Assembly (NCBI GenBank): GCA_050008355.1
Contig: JBEKMT010000007.1
Coordinates: 7,844-71,843, forward strand
Origin: Verrucomicrobiota bacterium
GTDB lineage: Bacteria > Verrucomicrobiota > Verrucomicrobiia > Limisphaerales > UBA11358
DNA: 64,000 nt
Reading direction: 5' to 3'
Part shown: positions 60,387 through 64,000 of the stretch, piece by piece
How positions within the stretch are numbered: the first letter of the stretch is position 1
Layout of the letters: each line of letters starts with the position of its first letter
Notes under the pieces: model-generated
Told to the model about the DNA's origin: nothing
Databases searched by the model: none
Seen by the model: only the letters and a program-made list of their open reading frames with translations
Position numbers and translations under genes: made by a program

Positions 60387-60886
60387 AATTCCTCTATTTC
60401 CCCCCACAGCGGTTGCAAGTCCTCATCGGCCAGCGCCATCTTCTTGATAGCCTCCTTTTTACCGGCCATCACGGCGCGTTGGAGCCAATGCCTCGCAATG
60501 TCGAGCTGCTTCATCTGGCACGCGTAACAGGAAAGGTTGTAAGCGATGACCGGCTCGGTGGGAAATTTCTTGGCTGCCGGCAAAAGCGCGTCCCACGCCT
60601 GCGATAATCCGCCATCGCTCACCCGGCGTAAGGCGTAGGCACGGTGCAGCCAGCCGGAGGCGTCGTCCGGCGCCAGTGTCAACTCGACACAGGCAATTTG
60701 CAGCGCGTCGCTCCATTGCCGTTCATGCGCGGAAATGCTCCATCGCACCTCGAGTACATCGGGATGATTTTGGTTCGTCGCCGCGATCCGCTCCAGTTCG
60801 GTACTTGCCTCGGCGGCACAACCCAGACCGAGCCAGCCGATGGCGGCGTCAAGGTGATGTGAATCCGGAGGTTCCAAACTTTGCAC
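60383..60886 (-). CDS. TPR-like hypothetical protein
   Basis: HLDAAIGWLGLG..EA..ELE and YNLSCYACQ..A..WL..A..DEDL.PL show a helical repeat pattern. Confidence 0.8.
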   Translation of the reverse strand: MQSLEPPDSHHLDAAIGWLGLGCAAEASTELERIAATNQNHPDVLEVRWSISAHERQWSDALQIACVELTLAPDDASGWLHRAYALRRVSDGGLSQAWDALLPAAKKFPTEPVIAYNLSCYACQMKQLDIARHWLQRAVMAGKKEAIKKMALADEDLQPLWGEIEEL

Positions 60887-60976
60887 CCGCAGATTTTAGC
60901 GCGCCTGCCGGGGATTGAAACGTGAAATCGAATCGCACTGGCAATTTTTCCCTTTAGGGTTTATTTGTTGGAGGTT

Positions 60977-61750
60977 ATGAAAACGCTAATTTCAACTCTT
61001 TTGCTGATGAGCACAGTGCTAGCTTCGCGCGGTGCGATTCACACTGAAAACGTCGAATATAAACAAGGCGATGTGACCCTCGAAGGTTACCTCGCATATG
61101 ACGATTCCCTTGCCGGCAAACGTCCCGGAGTGCTGGTCGTCCATCAATGGCTCGGCCTAACCGACTACGAGAAGCATCGTGCCGAAATGCTTGCTCAACT
61201 CGGCTACGTCGCATTTTGTGCCGATATTTACGGCAAAGACAATCGTCCGCAGAATGTGCAGGAAGCCGGCGGGCTGGCTTCTAAATTCAAGGCTGACCGG
61301 ACGTTGCTCCGTGCGCGCGTCAACGCCGGATTGGACACATTGCGCCAGCAGCCCCTGGTTGACCCGCAATACATCGCCGCCATTGGCTATTGTTTCGGTG
61401 GCACGACCGTGATTGAACTTGCCCGCAGCGGCGCGGACATTGCCGGGGTCGTGAGCTTCCACGGCGGCCTCGATTCGCCAACGCCCGCCGACGGCAGTAA
61501 TATCAAGTGCAAAGTGCTCGCATTGGCTGGTGCGGATGATCCTTTCCAAACCCCGGCCGACCTCGCCGCTTTCGAGAAGGAAATGCGCGATGCCAAGGTG
61601 GATTGGGAGATTACTTTTTACGGTGGCGCGGTTCATGCCTTCACCCAGCCCAACCCGGGTTTTTCAAATCCCGGCGCGAAATATAATGAGAAAGCCGACA
61701 AACGTTCATGGCAGGCGATGAAGGATTTTTTTGCCGAAATTTTTAAGTGA
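60977..61750 (+). CDS. Dienelactone hydrolase family protein (secreted)
   Basis: PGVLVVHQWLG, nucleophile elbow GYCFGG, SFHG and HAFT motifs. Confidence 0.93.
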   Translation: MKTLISTLLLMSTVLASRGAIHTENVEYKQGDVTLEGYLAYDDSLAGKRPGVLVVHQWLGLTDYEKHRAEMLAQLGYVAFCADIYGKDNRPQNVQEAGGLASKFKADRTLLRARVNAGLDTLRQQPLVDPQYIAAIGYCFGGTTVIELARSGADIAGVVSFHGGLDSPTPADGSNIKCKVLALAGADDPFQTPADLAAFEKEMRDAKVDWEITFYGGAVHAFTQPNPGFSNPGAKYNEKADKRSWQAMKDFFAEIFK

Positions 61751-61831
61751 TCAACCAGCACGGATGTTCGGCGCGTCGCCGGCCCCGCAAAACCGGCCGA
61801 CGGCAAAATCCCGGCTTCCTCTTATTATTTC

Positions 61832-62413
61832 ATGCGCATCACTGGCGGCAACGCAGCGCGGCGGATATTGAAAGTCCCCAAAGGATTGGATGTCCGTCCC
61901 ACACCGGATTTGGTCAAGCAGGCGGTTTTCAATTCGCTGGGCTTGCGGGTGGAAGGGGCGAAAGTTTTGGAATTATTCGCCGGCAGCGGAGCTTTGAGCC
62001 TTGAATGTCTGAGCCGGGGCGCGGCGGCCGTGATGTGTGTCGAAAAATCCCACCGCCACGCGGAATTCATCCGCAGCAATGCGGAATCGGCCGGCTACAG
62101 TGAAATTCTCGAGGTGCGGACGCAGGACGTTTTTCCCGTCATGAATCAATTGGCGGAACACGGGCGCCAATTTGACTTGATCCTCGCCGACCCGCCTTAC
62201 GGCGAAAAGAATGTGAACCGCCGCTCCACTTCATTCGCCCAACAGTTGCTCGATGACAAAAACCTGCCCAAGCTGCTTGCGTCTGGCGGGCGTTTCGTGC
62301 TCGGTCACACCAAACGCGATACCCTGGAAATCGTCGCCCCCTGGTCCGAAGCGAAACTACTCAAACACGGGGACACGTTGATGCATTTTTTCGAAATCAA
62401 AGCCGAAAATTAA
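61832..62413 (+). CDS. rsmD: 16S rRNA m2G966 methyltransferase (RsmD family)
   Basis: MRITGG, RPT.D.VKQAVFN, LELFAGSGAL and DPPY motifs. Confidence 0.92.
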   Translation: MRITGGNAARRILKVPKGLDVRPTPDLVKQAVFNSLGLRVEGAKVLELFAGSGALSLECLSRGAAAVMCVEKSHRHAEFIRSNAESAGYSEILEVRTQDVFPVMNQLAEHGRQFDLILADPPYGEKNVNRRSTSFAQQLLDDKNLPKLLASGGRFVLGHTKRDTLEIVAPWSEAKLLKHGDTLMHFFEIKAEN

Positions 62414-62419
62414 GGCCGA

Positions 62420-63616
62420 TTAAGCCGAGGTTTCCTTGACGGCATCGCGAATGGACTTTTTGAATTTCTCCAAGCCCTGATCGAATGCGGCGGAAATTGG
62501 CAGCGTGGGGATCTTTTTGATTTTCCTTTTGAACTGCTTCAAATTTTCCTCAGCGATGGATTCATCCATTTTGTTGGCGACCACAATGCGGGGCTTCTCT
62601 ATAAGTGCTGGATCATAGAGCTCTAGTTCGCGCAGCAATTGCTTGTAATCGTCCCACGGCTTGCGGTTATCCGTGCCGGCCATATCGAGCAGCAGCACCA
62701 GAACCTTGCAACGCTGGATGTGGCGAAGAAATTCGTGGCCGAGGCCGACATTATTATGCGCCCCCTCAATCAAGCCCGGGACATCACAAACGGTAAGCCG
62801 TTTCCAATCGGCGTATTCAACGATGCCAATCTGAGGGTGCAGCGTGGTGAATGGATAGGGCGCGATTTTAGGGCGCGCCCGGGAAATGGCTGCCAGCAGG
62901 GTGGATTTACCCGCATTCGGGTAACCCACCAGTCCGACTTCGGCCATGATCCGCAATTCAAAAAGAAAATCGCCTTCGTCGCCCGGCTCACCGGGTTGCG
63001 CAAATCTGGGCGTCTGTCGGGCAGCGGTCGCGAAATTGCGATTGCCCAATCCGCCCCGTCCTCCTTTGCATAAAACAAATTCCTGCCCGTTTTCAGTGAG
63101 GTCGGCGACCAGTTCGCCTTTGCCCATATCTGCTGCGACCGATTCGCTGACGTCTTCTTCCTTGCTCAAATCAATTTCCTGGGCAAATACGCCGCTGGCA
63201 CTTCGGATCACCGGTCGCTTTCCAGTGCTGGTTTTAAAAACAGGCCTTTCTTTATCTCCCTCGTCCTCAAGTTCGTCATCCTCGTCCTCGGGTTCTTGAG
63301 TGGCGATTGGTTTTGGCGACGGCAACCGCCAGATGAGCGTGCCGCAGGGGACTTTGACAATCAAATCCCCCCCGGCATGACCATCCATGCCTTTGCCCAT
63401 GCCGGCTTCGCCTTCCTTCGCGATGAGTCGCGGAACATAGTATTGTTGGATGAGATTGTTAAGGTCGTGGTCGGCCTTGAGAATGACGCTGCCGCCGCGG
63501 CCGCCGTTACCTCCACTTGGTCCGCCTTTCGTGATGTACGCCTCGCGGTGGAATGCCACGCAGCCTTTGCCGCCGTGTCCCGCGCGTGCATAAATTTTTA
63601 TCTCATCAATAAACAT
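62420..63616 (-). CDS. obgE: GTPase ObgE/CgtA
   Basis: Gly-rich Obg domain, GYPNAGKST, YPFTTL, DVPGLIEGA and NKMD motifs. Confidence 0.97.
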   Translation of the reverse strand: MFIDEIKIYARAGHGGKGCVAFHREAYITKGGPSGGNGGRGGSVILKADHDLNNLIQQYYVPRLIAKEGEAGMGKGMDGHAGGDLIVKVPCGTLIWRLPSPKPIATQEPEDEDDELEDEGDKERPVFKTSTGKRPVIRSASGVFAQEIDLSKEEDVSESVAADMGKGELVADLTENGQEFVLCKGGRGGLGNRNFATAARQTPRFAQPGEPGDEGDFLFELRIMAEVGLVGYPNAGKSTLLAAISRARPKIAPYPFTTLHPQIGIVEYADWKRLTVCDVPGLIEGAHNNVGLGHEFLRHIQRCKVLVLLLDMAGTDNRKPWDDYKQLLRELELYDPALIEKPRIVVANKMDESIAEENLKQFKRKIKKIPTLPISAAFDQGLEKFKKSIRDAVKETSA

Positions 63617-63687
63617 TACTGACCTTTTTCAATCTCGTTCAGACTAAAGCCGGACTTATTTTGCCGGTTAACTTGCTCTCGGAAAAC

Positions 63688-63714
63688 AAAAAAGGCGAGG
63701 CCGTTGACCTCGCC
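63688..63714 (-). terminator. Intrinsic terminator after rpmA
   Basis: Minus strand GGCGAGG-TCAACGG-CCTCGCC-TTTTTT. Confidence 0.75.
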
Positions 63715-63738
63715 CTGAAATCCGGTTTGAGAAAATCA

Positions 63739-64000
63739 TCAATTCTTCGCCGCCGTGGCTTCGGCCACGACGTTTACGCGGCGGCTGCCCTTGTCGAACA
63801 AAACTTTGCCGTCCGCAAGTGCAAACAAAGTCCAATCGCGGCCTGTGCCGACGTTTTTGCCCGCGATAAACTTACTGCCGCGCTGGCGGATAATGATGCT
63901 GCCCGCCGTGACGACCGTACCGCCAAATTCTTTTACGCCGAGACGCTTGCTGACGCTGTCGCGTCCGTTTTTGACGCTGCCTTGACCTTTTTTATGTGCC
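63739..64000 (-). CDS. rpmA: 50S ribosomal protein L27 (start codon cut by the window edge)
   Basis: Manual translation: (M)[54 protein letters not shown]. Confidence 0.97.
   Translation of the reverse strand, partial: AHKKGQGSVKNGRDSVSKRLGVKEFGGTVVTAGSIIIRQRGSKFIAGKNVGTGRDWTLFALADGKVLFDKGSRRVNVVAEATAAKN

Overview
64 kb of a GC-rich bacterial chromosome. The protein families suggest Verrucomicrobiota, probably a Pedosphaerales/Limisphaerales soil or peat lineage (inference). Left third (1-25 kb), accessory and carbohydrate-related: an MFS sugar porter, three AraC/XylR regulators, and an operon encoding a LamG/Ig/autotransporter-repeat secreted protein, an H-X(n)-DG pseudopilin, a GH27/36-like glycosidase and an SGNH hydrolase. 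It also holds a GH29 fucosidase, a KimA-like K+ transporter behind a c-di-AMP (ydaO) riboswitch, and further large secreted proteins. Four secreted proteins end in a related ~60-75 aa C-terminal module finishing in F[FY]R[IL]. A near-identical 34-bp tandem operator lies upstream of both the sugar porter and the secreted-protein/pseudopilin operon. Middle, mostly core genes: tesA-ybbAP, rpoD, nusA-infB-rbfA-nrnA-truB-ribF (no rimP, with a leader attenuator), two more pseudopilins (one frameshifted, one with a second C-terminal membrane anchor), prfB with its +1 frameshift, trpC and surA-pdxA. Right part: a complete N-type ATPase operon with an unusual c-subunit ion-binding site, RNase P RNA, a Zn-ribbon MoxR, rsmD, obgE with an acidic insertion, and rpmA. 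No tRNA, rRNA, CRISPR array or transposase was seen. All calls come from reading motifs by eye, with no database search.
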